Positions 10,923 through 20,140 of a DNA stretch of 64,000 nucleotides are shown here, in pieces. The notes under the pieces were generated by a model that was not told the origin of the DNA, did not search any database, and saw only the letters and a list, made by a program, of their open reading frames with translations. Within the stretch, counting starts at the first letter, position 1. Every line of letters begins with the position of its first letter. Origin of the DNA: an uncultured delta proteobacterium. GTDB taxonomy: Bacteria > Myxococcota > Myxococcia > Myxococcales > Myxococcaceae. The position numbers and the translations under genes were made by a program. The stretch covers positions 96,001 to 160,000 of the forward strand of contig CAWCKH010000004.1 of assembly GCA_963796055.1 (NCBI GenBank), given 5' to 3'.

Positions 10923-11812
10923 CGCCGCTCTCCGGATATCAGAAAGACCCGGAAGGGCGAGCTCGCCTGCCGTGGATGCACCTCGCGGGTGAGCGACTCG
11001 AAGCCGGCGGCCAGCAGGGTGGACTCGAGCTCCCCGGGGTCGAAGCCCAGGTGCCGGTGGCCGAGACGGTCACGGACCCAGTTCTCGTCGTGCCGCATCA
11101 GCTCCAGGACCACCAGCTTGCCTCCGGGGGCGAGGATGCGTGCCGCCTCGCCCAGCACCGCCGCGGGCTCCTCCACGTGGTGGAGGCTCTGCGAGAGCAC
11201 GACCAGGCCGGTCCTGCCCGAGGGCAGGGACAGGTGGTGCAGGTCCTCGCGGAGGAAGGTCACGTTGCGGAGCCCCTCGCGCTTCGCCCGGGCCCGTGCC
11301 TGGGCGAGCGCCGCCCGGCTCTGGTCGATGGCCACCACCGAGCGCGCCCAGCGGGCGATGGACACGCTGAGCACTCCGGTGCCGCAGCCGAAGTCGGCCA
11401 CGTCCAGCGGCGGGAGCAGCGAGGCCAGCGCCCCCGCCCACAGGAACCAGGACTGGCCGGGCTCGAGGAGGCGCTCGTTGAGCAGCTGGCGGTCCTCGCG
11501 CTGGCGGAGCAGGTCCTTGAGGCGGGCCAGGTCCCCGGTGCCGTCCTCGGCCTCGCAGGCCATCTTGATCAGCGGCGCCTGAACGTCGCCGGCGTCCACC
11601 GCCAGCGAGTAGTAGGTGAAGCCCGCAGCGCGCTCCTCGCGCACCAGCCCCAGCTGGCGGAGCTTGCCCAGGTGGTGGCTCATCGAGGACTGAGCGACGC
11701 CGACCACCGAGACCAGCTCGGAGACGTTGAGTGGCGCGGCGGCGACCAGGCGGAGGATGCGCAGGCGGGTCGGGTCGCCGAGGGCGCGGAAGGACTGGGA
11801 GAGCGCCTCCAT
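10919..11812 (-). CDS. sahR: ArsR-HTH plus SAM-dependent methyltransferase fusion regulator (SahR type)
   Basis: FRALGDPTRLRIL...QSSMSHHL HTH; VADFGCGTG SAM motif; LHH..HLGF; heads the metH operon. Confidence 0.8.
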   Translation of the reverse strand: MEALSQSFRALGDPTRLRILRLVAAAPLNVSELVSVVGVAQSSMSHHLGKLRQLGLVREERAAGFTYYSLAVDAGDVQAPLIKMACEAEDGTGDLARLKDLLRQREDRQLLNERLLEPGQSWFLWAGALASLLPPLDVADFGCGTGVLSVSIARWARSVVAIDQSRAALAQARARAKREGLRNVTFLREDLHHLSLPSGRTGLVVLSQSLHHVEEPAAVLGEAARILAPGGKLVVLELMRHDENWVRDRLGHRHLGFDPGELESTLLAAGFESLTREVHPRQASSPFRVFLISGERR

Positions 11813-11831
11813 ATCAATGGGTGTTCATATG
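11810..11831. promoter_or_regulatory. Putative SahR operator, imperfect palindrome CATATCAA-tgggtg-TTCATATG overlapping the regulator start codon
   Basis: AT-rich inverted repeat in a GC-rich background; resembles the ATATCAA-N6-TTGATAT SahR-type box. Confidence 0.7.
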
Positions 11832-12119
11832 TCGATGGGAGGGTTCCGGCAAGCTGGGGTGTCGGGAAACGGCCCATCGCGGTGACCAGGGCGCCTGGCC
11901 AGGACGGAAGCCGGGACCTGGCACGACGCGGGCGGGGGGCCGCGGGGCCGCCATGTGTCGGCGCCCCGACCCAGCTCCCCGACCGGTTTGGTATGTGGAA
12001 GCGCCCTGGGCATACCGAATCGGTCGCCCGGCCGGGGCGGCTTGCCGCGCACCCGCGAGTCAAGCAGAAACGGGCCCACGGGCAGCAGCGCTTCTGCTGC
12101 GCCGGAACGCCCGTCCACG

Positions 12120-13289
12120 TCAGCTGAAGAGACTCCAGAACGAGCGCCGCGAGGAGATGCGCTCAAAGGCGTCTTGCAGGTCCTCGTCGTAGTCGGCGCG
12201 GTTGGCGATGTCGGCCATGCTGATGATGCCCAGGAGCCGATCGTTCCGGTCCACCACCGGCACCCGGCGGATCTGCCGGCGACCCATGAGGTCCAGCACC
12301 GAGGTCAGCGGCTCGTCCTCGGTCACCGCCGACACGTCGTCGGTCATCACGCCCTCGATCAGCCGGTCCCCGCCCAGCTCCACCAGTCCACGGACCACGA
12401 TGTCGCGATCGGTGAGGATGCCCTGCAGCCGCCCCGAGGCGTCCACCACCGGCACCACGCCGCAGTTCTCGTCGCGCATGATGATCGCCGCCTCCCGGAT
12501 GGGGCTCTCGCGGTCGACGGTCCTCGGGTTACGGGTCATCACGTCGCGCGCGGCCAACGGCTCGCGCTGCCAGAATCGGCGGCCCTGGCCCTCGTCGCGG
12601 TCGCGCGCCATCTCGCCCCAGTCCGCCAGGCGCTCCTCCTCGCGCACGAAGCCGAACGACGCGCCCGAGCCCGCGTACCCGGTGGACATGCCCGTCGCCC
12701 CGCTCTGGGCGCTCTGCTCGCCCCAGCGCTCCGCGCCCCGGTTCCAGTCCTCCCGGCCCTGCTCGGAGATCCGGGGAAGCCCCCCGCCCTGGCCCTGGCT
12801 GGGGCCCCGCGCGCGCTGACCCAGCGGCTGACTGCCGCGGTCCTGGGAGGACTCGTCGCTGCCCGGGTCCTGACCGTATGGCCGGCCCGTCGTGCCCTGC
12901 CCGTAGTCGACCCTCCCAGTCCCCTGTCGGCTGCTCTGGAGTCGCTCGTAGCTTCCCGCGATGTCGCCGGACGGACCCGCGCGGTAGCTCCGGTTCCGAT
13001 TGTCGCGCGCGCGACCCAGGTCTCTCCACTCGCCCCGGTCGCGGTCGCGGTCCCGGCGCGGGTCGTCATCGTCGTGGCCGGCGATGCGCTCCATCGCCCG
13101 CCGGAAGAAGCGGCCAATCTTCTCGCCCGGGGACTCGTCTTGCCGGGCGCGGACGTCGCGCTCCGCGGTGGTCTCGCCTGGGGCCGCGCCTCCTCCGTTC
13201 CCCCGCGGGTCGGTGAGGCCGTTCGGTGAGGTGTAAGGGCTGTTCAGGACGCCTTCGGGGAGCCGGCTGCTGGGATCTTTGGTCGCCAT
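12120..13289 (-). CDS. CBS-domain protein with a long low-complexity N-terminus
   Basis: ARDVMTRNP, MRDENCGVVPVVD, GILTDRDIV, IRRVPVVD..LLGIISMAD; start MATKD chosen. Confidence 0.85.
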   Translation of the reverse strand: MATKDPSSRLPEGVLNSPYTSPNGLTDPRGNGGGAAPGETTAERDVRARQDESPGEKIGRFFRRAMERIAGHDDDDPRRDRDRDRGEWRDLGRARDNRNRSYRAGPSGDIAGSYERLQSSRQGTGRVDYGQGTTGRPYGQDPGSDESSQDRGSQPLGQRARGPSQGQGGGLPRISEQGREDWNRGAERWGEQSAQSGATGMSTGYAGSGASFGFVREEERLADWGEMARDRDEGQGRRFWQREPLAARDVMTRNPRTVDRESPIREAAIIMRDENCGVVPVVDASGRLQGILTDRDIVVRGLVELGGDRLIEGVMTDDVSAVTEDEPLTSVLDLMGRRQIRRVPVVDRNDRLLGIISMADIANRADYDEDLQDAFERISSRRSFWSLFS

Positions 13290-13433
13290 GCCCTCAGGAT
13301 CGGCACCGCTCACCGCACCGGCCATGATCGGCCGGACAGGGCTCGCGCTCGTCCTACCCCCAGACGGCCGAGCGAGCTTCGGGCCCCGCACACCGGGGAC
13401 GCCTGCGAAGCGGCGCACAGGCGCCGCGCGGGC

Positions 13434-13874
13434 TCACCCGCGCGCGTAGCGCCGGTGGTCCACCATCAGGCAGCGGTCCTGCACCACGTCGATGCCCGCT
13501 GCCGCCAGGCGTTCGGCCACCGCGTCGTTCCGGATCCCCGCCTGGAGCCAGACCGCCTTCGGCTTCTTGGCCAGGATGTCGTCGAGGTGGCCCTCGAGGT
13601 CCTTGGGGCGCCGGAACACGTCCACCAGGTCGAGCTCTCCGGGGATGTCCACCAGCCTCCGGTAGACCGGCTTGCCGAGGATCTCCTTCACCTCCGGGTA
13701 GTACACCGGCACCGGCACCACCTCGATGCCGACCGAGTTCAGGTACTCGGGCACGTAGAACGCCGGCTGGTCCGACTGCGCATCGGTCTTGATGCCCAGC
13801 ACCGCCACGCGGAGGATGCGCCTGACGAGATCCCGGACGGCTTCCTCGGTTTCCAGAAGATGGGGCGATGCCAT
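13434..13874 (-). CDS. CoA-binding protein (YccU-like)
   Basis: VAVLG, PAFYVPEYL, LVDVFRR, VWLQAGIRN, VVQDRCLMV; C-terminal part of track ORF 13434..15074. Confidence 0.9.
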   Translation of the reverse strand: MASPHLLETEEAVRDLVRRILRVAVLGIKTDAQSDQPAFYVPEYLNSVGIEVVPVPVYYPEVKEILGKPVYRRLVDIPGELDLVDVFRRPKDLEGHLDDILAKKPKAVWLQAGIRNDAVAERLAAAGIDVVQDRCLMVDHRRYARG

Positions 13875-13956
13875 GGCCGGGACACTACATCGCCCCGCGT
13901 CAAGGATGGCGGGTGTCGGGAAGGGGCCCCGGTTGACCGCCGGGGGGCGGGCGGGC

Positions 13957-14214
13957 ATGAACCAGGGCGTGGACGACTTCTTCCCCGCCGCGGAGGCACT
14001 GCTGGAGCAGATGATCTCGCAGCAGCGGGTCAAGGTGCTCCGGCTGGCCCGTGAAGCCGTGCCCAACATCGGGCCGGAGGACGTGCTCAACCCCCACGAC
14101 TTCCCGGAGCTGAAGGCCCACCCCACCTTCGAGTTCGAGGACGGACTCCTCAGCGGCCTGGTCGCCGCCCAGATCGCGCTCCGCGCCGAGCACCGGAAGC
14201 GAACGGCTCCCTGA
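13957..14214 (+). CDS. Conserved hypothetical protein (85 aa)
   Basis: LEQMISQQRVKV...EDVLNPHDFPEL..F.FEDG.L.G; coupled to the next gene by TGATG. Confidence 0.75.
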   Translation: MNQGVDDFFPAAEALLEQMISQQRVKVLRLAREAVPNIGPEDVLNPHDFPELKAHPTFEFEDGLLSGLVAAQIALRAEHRKRTAP

Positions 14215-15056
14215 TGCGAAGCCTGACCCTCCACAGCAGCCGGGCGCGCGCGCTCCTCTCCGAGGGGCTGGCCTCGGAGCCTCCCCGGCTCGACCTCGCG
14301 GCCTGCGCCGTCGCCGCGCTCGAGGACGAGGCGCTGGACCTGGGGCGGGTGCTCCACACGCTCGATGCGCTGGGGGCGCGGGTGCAGGCGCTGGAGCCGG
14401 CACGGCTGGACGCGCTCGGCCGGGCCCAGGCGCTGCGGCGCGTGCTGGCCGACGAGGAGGGATTCTGGGGGGACACCGACACCTACGACGCCCCCGAGAA
14501 CAGCTTCCTGGACCGGGTGCTCGCCCGGAAGAAGGGGCTCCCCATCACCCTCGCCGTCGTCTACCTCGAGGTGGCCAGGCGGGCCGGCGTGCCGCTCTTC
14601 GGCGTCTCCTTCCCCGGCCACTTCCTCGTCGCCTGCCCCTCCGAGGAGGGCAAGCTGGTGCTCGACCCGTTCCAGGGCGGGAAGATCCTCACCGAGGCCG
14701 GCTGTCAGGATCTGCTGGCGAAGGTCGCGCCCCAGGTCCGGTTCCAGCCGCGGCTGCTCGCCCCCGCGCCGGCGAAGGTCATCGTCTGGCGCATGCTCAA
14801 CAACGTGAAGCGCTCCTGGCTCGAGCGGACGCAGGGAGAACGCGCCGCGCGCGCGGTGGACCTCTTGCTCCAGCTCCACCCCGACCATCCCGGCGAGCTG
14901 CGCGCCCGGGCCACCATCCTCTCCGCCCTCGGCGCCTACCGCGCGGCGCTGGCCGACGTGGAGCGGTGCCTCGAGCTGTCTCCCGACGCGCCGGACCAGG
15001 CGCAGCTCGAGCTCACCGCGCAGGCGCTTCGCCACCGGCTGGAGTTCCTGAATTGA
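14214..15056 (+). CDS. SirB1 family protein (transglutaminase-like plus TPR)
   Basis: GF.G....Y..PENSFL..VL.RKKGLPITL, GVSFPGHF, LDPF, RMLNN. Confidence 0.9.
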   Translation: MRSLTLHSSRARALLSEGLASEPPRLDLAACAVAALEDEALDLGRVLHTLDALGARVQALEPARLDALGRAQALRRVLADEEGFWGDTDTYDAPENSFLDRVLARKKGLPITLAVVYLEVARRAGVPLFGVSFPGHFLVACPSEEGKLVLDPFQGGKILTEAGCQDLLAKVAPQVRFQPRLLAPAPAKVIVWRMLNNVKRSWLERTQGERAARAVDLLLQLHPDHPGELRARATILSALGAYRAALADVERCLELSPDAPDQAQLELTAQALRHRLEFLN

Positions 15057-15595
15057 GCACCGGCTGGCGGACACTCCGCCGGGGCGAGGAGCACGACTTC
15101 ACCATCCTCCGCATCCGCGAGGACGTGGTGGCCGACCCGCACGGGCACGAGCACCCGAGGGTCATCATCTCCGCCCCGGACTGGGTGCACGTGCTGGCGC
15201 TCACCACCGATGGGCAGGCGGTGATGGTCCGGCAGTTCCGCGCGGGAATCCACGCCGACACCCTGGAGTTCCCGGGCGGCATGGTGGATCCCGGAGAGAC
15301 GCCCGAGGCCGCGGCGGCGCGCGAGCTGGAGGAGGAGACAGGCTTCGTCGCTGCGCGCTGGACGGCGCTCGGCGCCTGCCAGCCCAACCCCGCCATCCAG
15401 GAGAACCGCCTGCACAGCTTCCTCGCGCTCGACTGTCGCCGGAGGACGGAGCCGAAGCTCGACTCGGGCGAGGACGTCCGGGTCGAGCTGGTGCCCGCCG
15501 CCTCGCTCCGCGCACGGGTGGCAAGCGGGGAGATCACCCATGGCCTGGTGCTCGCCTCGATGTGCCAGGCGCTGGTGCGAGGGCTGCTCCCGTGA
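15053..15595 (+). CDS. NUDIX hydrolase (ADP-ribose pyrophosphatase-like)
   Basis: EFPGGMVDPGETPEAAAARELEEETG Nudix box; TTG start overlapping the upstream stop. Confidence 0.9.
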   Translation: MSTGWRTLRRGEEHDFTILRIREDVVADPHGHEHPRVIISAPDWVHVLALTTDGQAVMVRQFRAGIHADTLEFPGGMVDPGETPEAAAARELEEETGFVAARWTALGACQPNPAIQENRLHSFLALDCRRRTEPKLDSGEDVRVELVPAASLRARVASGEITHGLVLASMCQALVRGLLP

Positions 15596-16224
15596 GCGCG
15601 GTGCTGGCGCTGGTGCTCTCGCTGGCGATGTCGCCGGAGGCGGCCCGGGCGCGGCAGGGTCCGCTGCTCTTCGGGGCCGGGCAGGCCCAGTTCCTGCTCC
15701 TTTCTCCGGACGGTCCGGGTGACACCTTGCGCCTGACCCGGGTGCGGGTCCTCCACGACGATCTGGCGCAAGGCCGCAGCTTCGACGACGCCGAGTACCA
15801 CCTCGCGGTCGACGCGCCCCCGGCGCTCCACCCGGGGCAGCACCTCACCGGAGTGCTGTGGCGCTTCGGTGCCGAGAGCCCCGACGGCCGGAAACAGGTG
15901 GACGGGGTGGTGCGCGTGGAGGTCGAGCGCGAGGACCGGATCGCTCCGACCAAGGGCCGGGGCCTCGCCTACCGCGCGATGGGCACGCAGGACCGTCTGT
16001 ACCTGGTGCACGCCGGGATTGGCTTCGTGCAGGTGATCCGCGTCCAGCCGGCGAGCGAGGTGGAGATCCCACCGGCCGGGATCCCGGTCCGGGTCGACCG
16101 TCCGTCCGACGAGCCGGCCACCCGGCTTCTTCCCGGCGAGTACGCGAAGGTCGTCTTCGGTGATGGACGGACGGGCCGGGTCACCGCAAGGAGCGAGATC
16201 TGGTTCGTCGCCGCCTCCCGCTGA
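15592..16224 (+). CDS. Secreted hypothetical protein
   Basis: GTG start overlapping the NUDIX stop; signal peptide VSAVLALVLSLAMSPEAARA; coding-like GC3. Confidence 0.65.
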   Translation: MSAVLALVLSLAMSPEAARARQGPLLFGAGQAQFLLLSPDGPGDTLRLTRVRVLHDDLAQGRSFDDAEYHLAVDAPPALHPGQHLTGVLWRFGAESPDGRKQVDGVVRVEVEREDRIAPTKGRGLAYRAMGTQDRLYLVHAGIGFVQVIRVQPASEVEIPPAGIPVRVDRPSDEPATRLLPGEYAKVVFGDGRTGRVTARSEIWFVAASR

Positions 16225-16257
16225 CCCGGGCCAGCTCGGCCGGGCTATGGTCGCGCC

Positions 16258-16881
16258 GTGGCGTCGGCTGAACCTTCACCGGGCGCCGTGGCGCTCGGGT
16301 TCTCGGTCCACACGGGCTGGGCGGCGCTGGTCGCGGTGTCGCGATCGGCCTCGTCGATGGCCGTGCTCGACCGCCGCCGGGTGGGGATGCTGCCGGTGCC
16401 GCCCACGCCGCGCCAGGACGCCTATCCGCACGTCTATCACGCCGCACGCGAGCTCCCGCTCGAGGAGGCGGAGCGGTTCGTGCGCATCGCCGAGCAGGAG
16501 GCGCGCTCCAAGGCGCGACAGGTTCTCGGGGCGGCCATCGAGGATCTCCGGGAAGCGGGGCATCACGTTCTGGGCAGTGCGGTCATCATCGCCAGGGAGG
16601 GGCCTCCGCGGTCGCTGGAGGAGATCCTCCGCAGCCACACCCTGGTCCACGCCGCGGAGGGCACGCTCTTCCGCGCGGTCATCCGTGGCGCGAGCGAGGA
16701 CCTGGGGCTCGCCGTCCTCCAGGTTCCTGCACCGGAGCTCGTGCAGCGGGCGGCGCGCGCCCTCGGCCTCTCCAAGGAGGAGGTCCCCGGTTACCTGGAG
16801 CGGGTGGGGCGCGAGCTCGGACCGCCCTGGACCGCGGACCACAAGGCCGCGAGCCTGGCCGCGGTCCTCGCGCTGAGCTGA
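16258..16881 (+). CDS. Conserved hypothetical protein, possible RNase H-like fold
   Basis: ALGFSVHTGWAALVAV strand pattern; HTLVHAAEG.LFR; GPPW; TATGGT just upstream of the GTG. Confidence 0.7.
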   Translation: MASAEPSPGAVALGFSVHTGWAALVAVSRSASSMAVLDRRRVGMLPVPPTPRQDAYPHVYHAARELPLEEAERFVRIAEQEARSKARQVLGAAIEDLREAGHHVLGSAVIIAREGPPRSLEEILRSHTLVHAAEGTLFRAVIRGASEDLGLAVLQVPAPELVQRAARALGLSKEEVPGYLERVGRELGPPWTADHKAASLAAVLALS

Positions 16882-16916
16882 GCGCTCCCCGAGCCAGGGT
16901 CCCGTCGTTTCGCGGC

Positions 16917-19865
16917 TCAGTGCCGGACGCCGGCAGCGGGTGCGTGGGGAATCTCCGCCCAGTCTCCCTGGAGCACGAAGGCAGCCCAGGTGTACGGAGC
17001 GTCGAAGGGGCGCGTGCGGGCGAGCTTGCGTTGCGCCTGCCGGAGCGCCGCGGACGGACGCTGGCCTTCGACCAGCATCGCCCGGTAGAGCTCCTTCATC
17101 AGCTCGGCCGTCCCCTGGTCCGAGACCTTCCACAGGCTCGCCAGCACCTGCCGCGCCCCGGCGTGGATGAAGCCGCGGGTGAGGCCCACCATTCCCTCAC
17201 CCCGGATGCGCTTTCCCAGCGCCGTCTGGCAAGCGCTGAGGACCACCAGGTCAGCACCGATGTGCATGCCGTAGATGTCCTGGAGCCGGAGGAACCCGTT
17301 CTGTGGCTTCCCGGCCGGGTCGACCAGGGAGAGCACGAGACCCGAGAGCTCGGGGTGCTGGCTGTTCAGCAGCCCGTGGGTGGCGAAGTGGAGGATGCGG
17401 TACGCGCTCACCGAGGGGTCCATCGCCAGCGCCCGGCGGGCCTCGAACCCCGTCGCAGCGAGGCTCTGACCCCGGGGGGCGAGAGCGAGGATGCCCTCGG
17501 CGTCGAGACGTGTCCCCGGGAGCCGCACCAGCCGCTGCAGGCCCAGCTCGTCCATGGAACGCTGGAGGTCTGCCGGGACCAGCGCCGCCGCCAGGCCTGT
17601 CCTCGCCTGCAGACGCGGATCCCCCCGATCGAACACCGGATCTGCGAGCACCGCGACCGCGCCGGCATGCCGGTCGGCGTGCTCGGCTGCCCGCACTGCG
17701 GCCACGGCCGATGCCGAGGGCACGAGGATGACCTCGTGTTCCTCGACCAGCCGGCGCTGGGTCCGAGGCAGCACCAGCGCGGGAAAGGGCAGCTCGTGAA
17801 GGACACCATCGGCGGCGATTGCCAGGCGCTTGCCACGGATCCGCTCCAGCGCCGGCTCCAGCACCATCCTCCCCAGCCGCGAGGCCAGGCGCCGTTCGGC
17901 GGTCGGGTCCGACACGGGCGACTGCCAGAGCTGGGCGAGCCTGCGCGCCTCTCGCTCGATGCGCCCGCGCGCCGGGAGCACCCGGACGTCGATCGATCCG
18001 GGGGTCACGACGAAGAGGAAGCTCCGGTCGGTCCCCAGGAGGTACTGGAGCAGCACCGTGTCCCCGTCGAGCACCCGTGACTGCACCGCGGACAGGCGGA
18101 GAGGTTCGCCCCCTGCCAGCGCCGCGAGCCGCGGATTGCTCTGACGCATCCGGGCCCGGACGTCGTCGAGCTCGGTCATCACCCGCCGGAGCTCCGGGAC
18201 GTCGGTGGACACCCGGGCTCCCGCGGCTGTGCGCCGGGCCACATCCGCGGAGACACGCTCCGCTTCCTCCAGCAGCCGGCGCTCGCGGGCCACCAGCTCC
18301 GGGTCGGCGCCGCGCCTGATGTCCACCCGCGCCTCGAGTAGGAGATCGAGCAGACTCCGGGCCCGCGCCCGCTCGCTGATCCAGAACATCTCCGCCAGAC
18401 GGGCCGGATCGGGCGCGCGCTGCTGGAGGTCCCACAGCACCGAGACGAGCAGCTCGTAGCGGTCGCGGTTCCGGGCGGTCCAGTCGCTGCGCACGCTCCC
18501 ACCGGGGCGCAGGAGGCGGCCGGAGTCGGTGAGGTCCACCGCCTGGACCAGCGAGTCGCGGCTCTCCTCGAGGCGGCCGAGCGCGCGCTGCGCCTTTGCG
18601 AGATTCGTCAGCGAGACCGCCTGCTGGTTGGTGTCGGGCGCCTCCTGCGCCATCCGCAGCGCGGCACCGTGCAGCGTCACCGCCTCCTCCGGCCGGCCCT
18701 CCAGCTGCAAGATCTCCCCCAGCCCATCGTGGGTGATGGCGAGATTGACCCGGTCTCCGATCGGGGTGAGGAGCTCGATGGCCTCGCGGTAGGCGCGCTT
18801 GGCCTCGGCGAGCCGGTGCGTGTCTCCGTACACCCAGCCCAGATGGTAGAGCGAGACGGCCTGGTTCCGGCGGTCCCCCAGTGCCCGGTGCGCCTCCAGG
18901 GCCTGGCGGAACTGGCCCTCCGCCTCGGCGTATCGCTCGAGATCGTAGAGCACCACCCCGATGACGTCCTTGGTGGTGCCCCGGCGTTCCGGGCGCGGCT
19001 CGGTGCGCTCGGCCGCCCGCAGGAACTCGAGCGCCCGCTCCCACTGCTTGGAGGTCAGGTGGTTGAAGCCCAGGTTGTGGAGGATCATCGCCTTCAGCCC
19101 GGGGCGGGCCAGCGGCTCGGCCAGCTCGCGCGCACGTCGGAGGTCCTCCAGGGCCCCCACCGAGTTGGAGAGGCTGTCCCGGATCACCCCGCGGTCGTTG
19201 TACGCCAGGGCGAGCGCGCGCGGGTCGCCGAGCTGCTCGCGGAGCTCGATGGCACGGGTGATCGACGTCTCGGCACGCTCCAGCTCCCCCAGCTCCCAGA
19301 GGATGCTTGCCACCGTGGCGTGGACGTCGGACTCACCGCGCCCATCACCCGCCTGGCGCGCGAGCGCCGCGGCGCGCGCCTCCAAATCGACCGCCTCCCG
19401 GAGGGTGGGCTCCGCGTGCTCGGCCCAGAGCACCATGGCGCGCTGGTGCAGCCGCTCGGCCTGGATCCGCTTCTCGTCGAGCAGCGTGGGTGCGCGCGGC
19501 GGCTCGATGCGCACCACTGCCTCCCCGGCCGGCTCCGAGGAGGTGCCGAGGATGAGCTGACAGACTCCGGAACGGGTGGGCACCGCGGCCGCCGGGAGCT
19601 CCTCCGGCTCATCCGGGTCCAAGGAGTTTCGCACCTCGGCCAGGATCTCGCCGGATGGATCGCGCAGCTGGACGCGCACCGGCTGGAGATCCGGATCGAC
19701 GGTCGTCCGGAGGAGCACGCCGGCGGTGCAGGGGAGCTCGACGATGCTCGGCTCGCCGGCGGTGAGCTTCACCGTCCGTACCTCCGCGGGGGCTGGTGCC
19801 GGCGCCGCATCGGCGGCCAGCGCTGCGAGGAGGGCCGGGAGAAGGAGCGAGCAGCGCGAAGGCAA
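16917..19865 (-). CDS. TPR-repeat CHAT-domain (caspase-like) protease; start uncertain (TTG 19865 with signal peptide, or ATG 20144)
   Basis: Multiple TPRs, SERARARSLLD, DGVLHELPF.AL, ILHFATHG (catalytic His), LVVLSACQT (catalytic Cys), SLWKV.D, PY.WAAF. Confidence 0.9.
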   Translation of the reverse strand: MPSRCSLLLPALLAALAADAAPAPAPAEVRTVKLTAGEPSIVELPCTAGVLLRTTVDPDLQPVRVQLRDPSGEILAEVRNSLDPDEPEELPAAAVPTRSGVCQLILGTSSEPAGEAVVRIEPPRAPTLLDEKRIQAERLHQRAMVLWAEHAEPTLREAVDLEARAAALARQAGDGRGESDVHATVASILWELGELERAETSITRAIELREQLGDPRALALAYNDRGVIRDSLSNSVGALEDLRRARELAEPLARPGLKAMILHNLGFNHLTSKQWERALEFLRAAERTEPRPERRGTTKDVIGVVLYDLERYAEAEGQFRQALEAHRALGDRRNQAVSLYHLGWVYGDTHRLAEAKRAYREAIELLTPIGDRVNLAITHDGLGEILQLEGRPEEAVTLHGAALRMAQEAPDTNQQAVSLTNLAKAQRALGRLEESRDSLVQAVDLTDSGRLLRPGGSVRSDWTARNRDRYELLVSVLWDLQQRAPDPARLAEMFWISERARARSLLDLLLEARVDIRRGADPELVARERRLLEEAERVSADVARRTAAGARVSTDVPELRRVMTELDDVRARMRQSNPRLAALAGGEPLRLSAVQSRVLDGDTVLLQYLLGTDRSFLFVVTPGSIDVRVLPARGRIEREARRLAQLWQSPVSDPTAERRLASRLGRMVLEPALERIRGKRLAIAADGVLHELPFPALVLPRTQRRLVEEHEVILVPSASAVAAVRAAEHADRHAGAVAVLADPVFDRGDPRLQARTGLAAALVPADLQRSMDELGLQRLVRLPGTRLDAEGILALAPRGQSLAATGFEARRALAMDPSVSAYRILHFATHGLLNSQHPELSGLVLSLVDPAGKPQNGFLRLQDIYGMHIGADLVVLSACQTALGKRIRGEGMVGLTRGFIHAGARQVLASLWKVSDQGTAELMKELYRAMLVEGQRPSAALRQAQRKLARTRPFDAPYTWAAFVLQGDWAEIPHAPAAGVRH

Positions 19866-19911
19866 CGGCCAGGGGCGGTGCGAACCCGAGAAGACCAAGG
19901 GCTCGATCAGG

Positions 19912-20034
19912 GTGGTGGCGGTGATGTTCCTCGCGGTGTCCCTCGTCGGGCTGCTCTTGTCGTTCGCGGCCGCGACCTCGACCGCGGCGCAGGACTCACA
20001 GGACGTCTCGGTGGAGAGCATCCAGGGCACTTGA
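19912..20034 (+). CDS. Candidate 40-aa secreted/membrane peptide, antisense within the ECF-CHAT operon
   Basis: MVAVMFLAVSLVGLLLSFAAATSTAAQDSQDVSVESIQGT: hydrophobic helix plus acidic tail; shares an upstream 12-mer with the 21629/21656 ORF. Confidence 0.4.
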   Translation: MVAVMFLAVSLVGLLLSFAAATSTAAQDSQDVSVESIQGT

Positions 20035-20140
20035 CCAGCGGTCCGAGGACCGGACACGCCACCCCCTGTCGACCCACTCCGGGAGGTCTCCTCGAAAGAG
20101 GGGACCTCCTCGTCGTTGCTGGAGAAGGGGCTCGAGAGGC

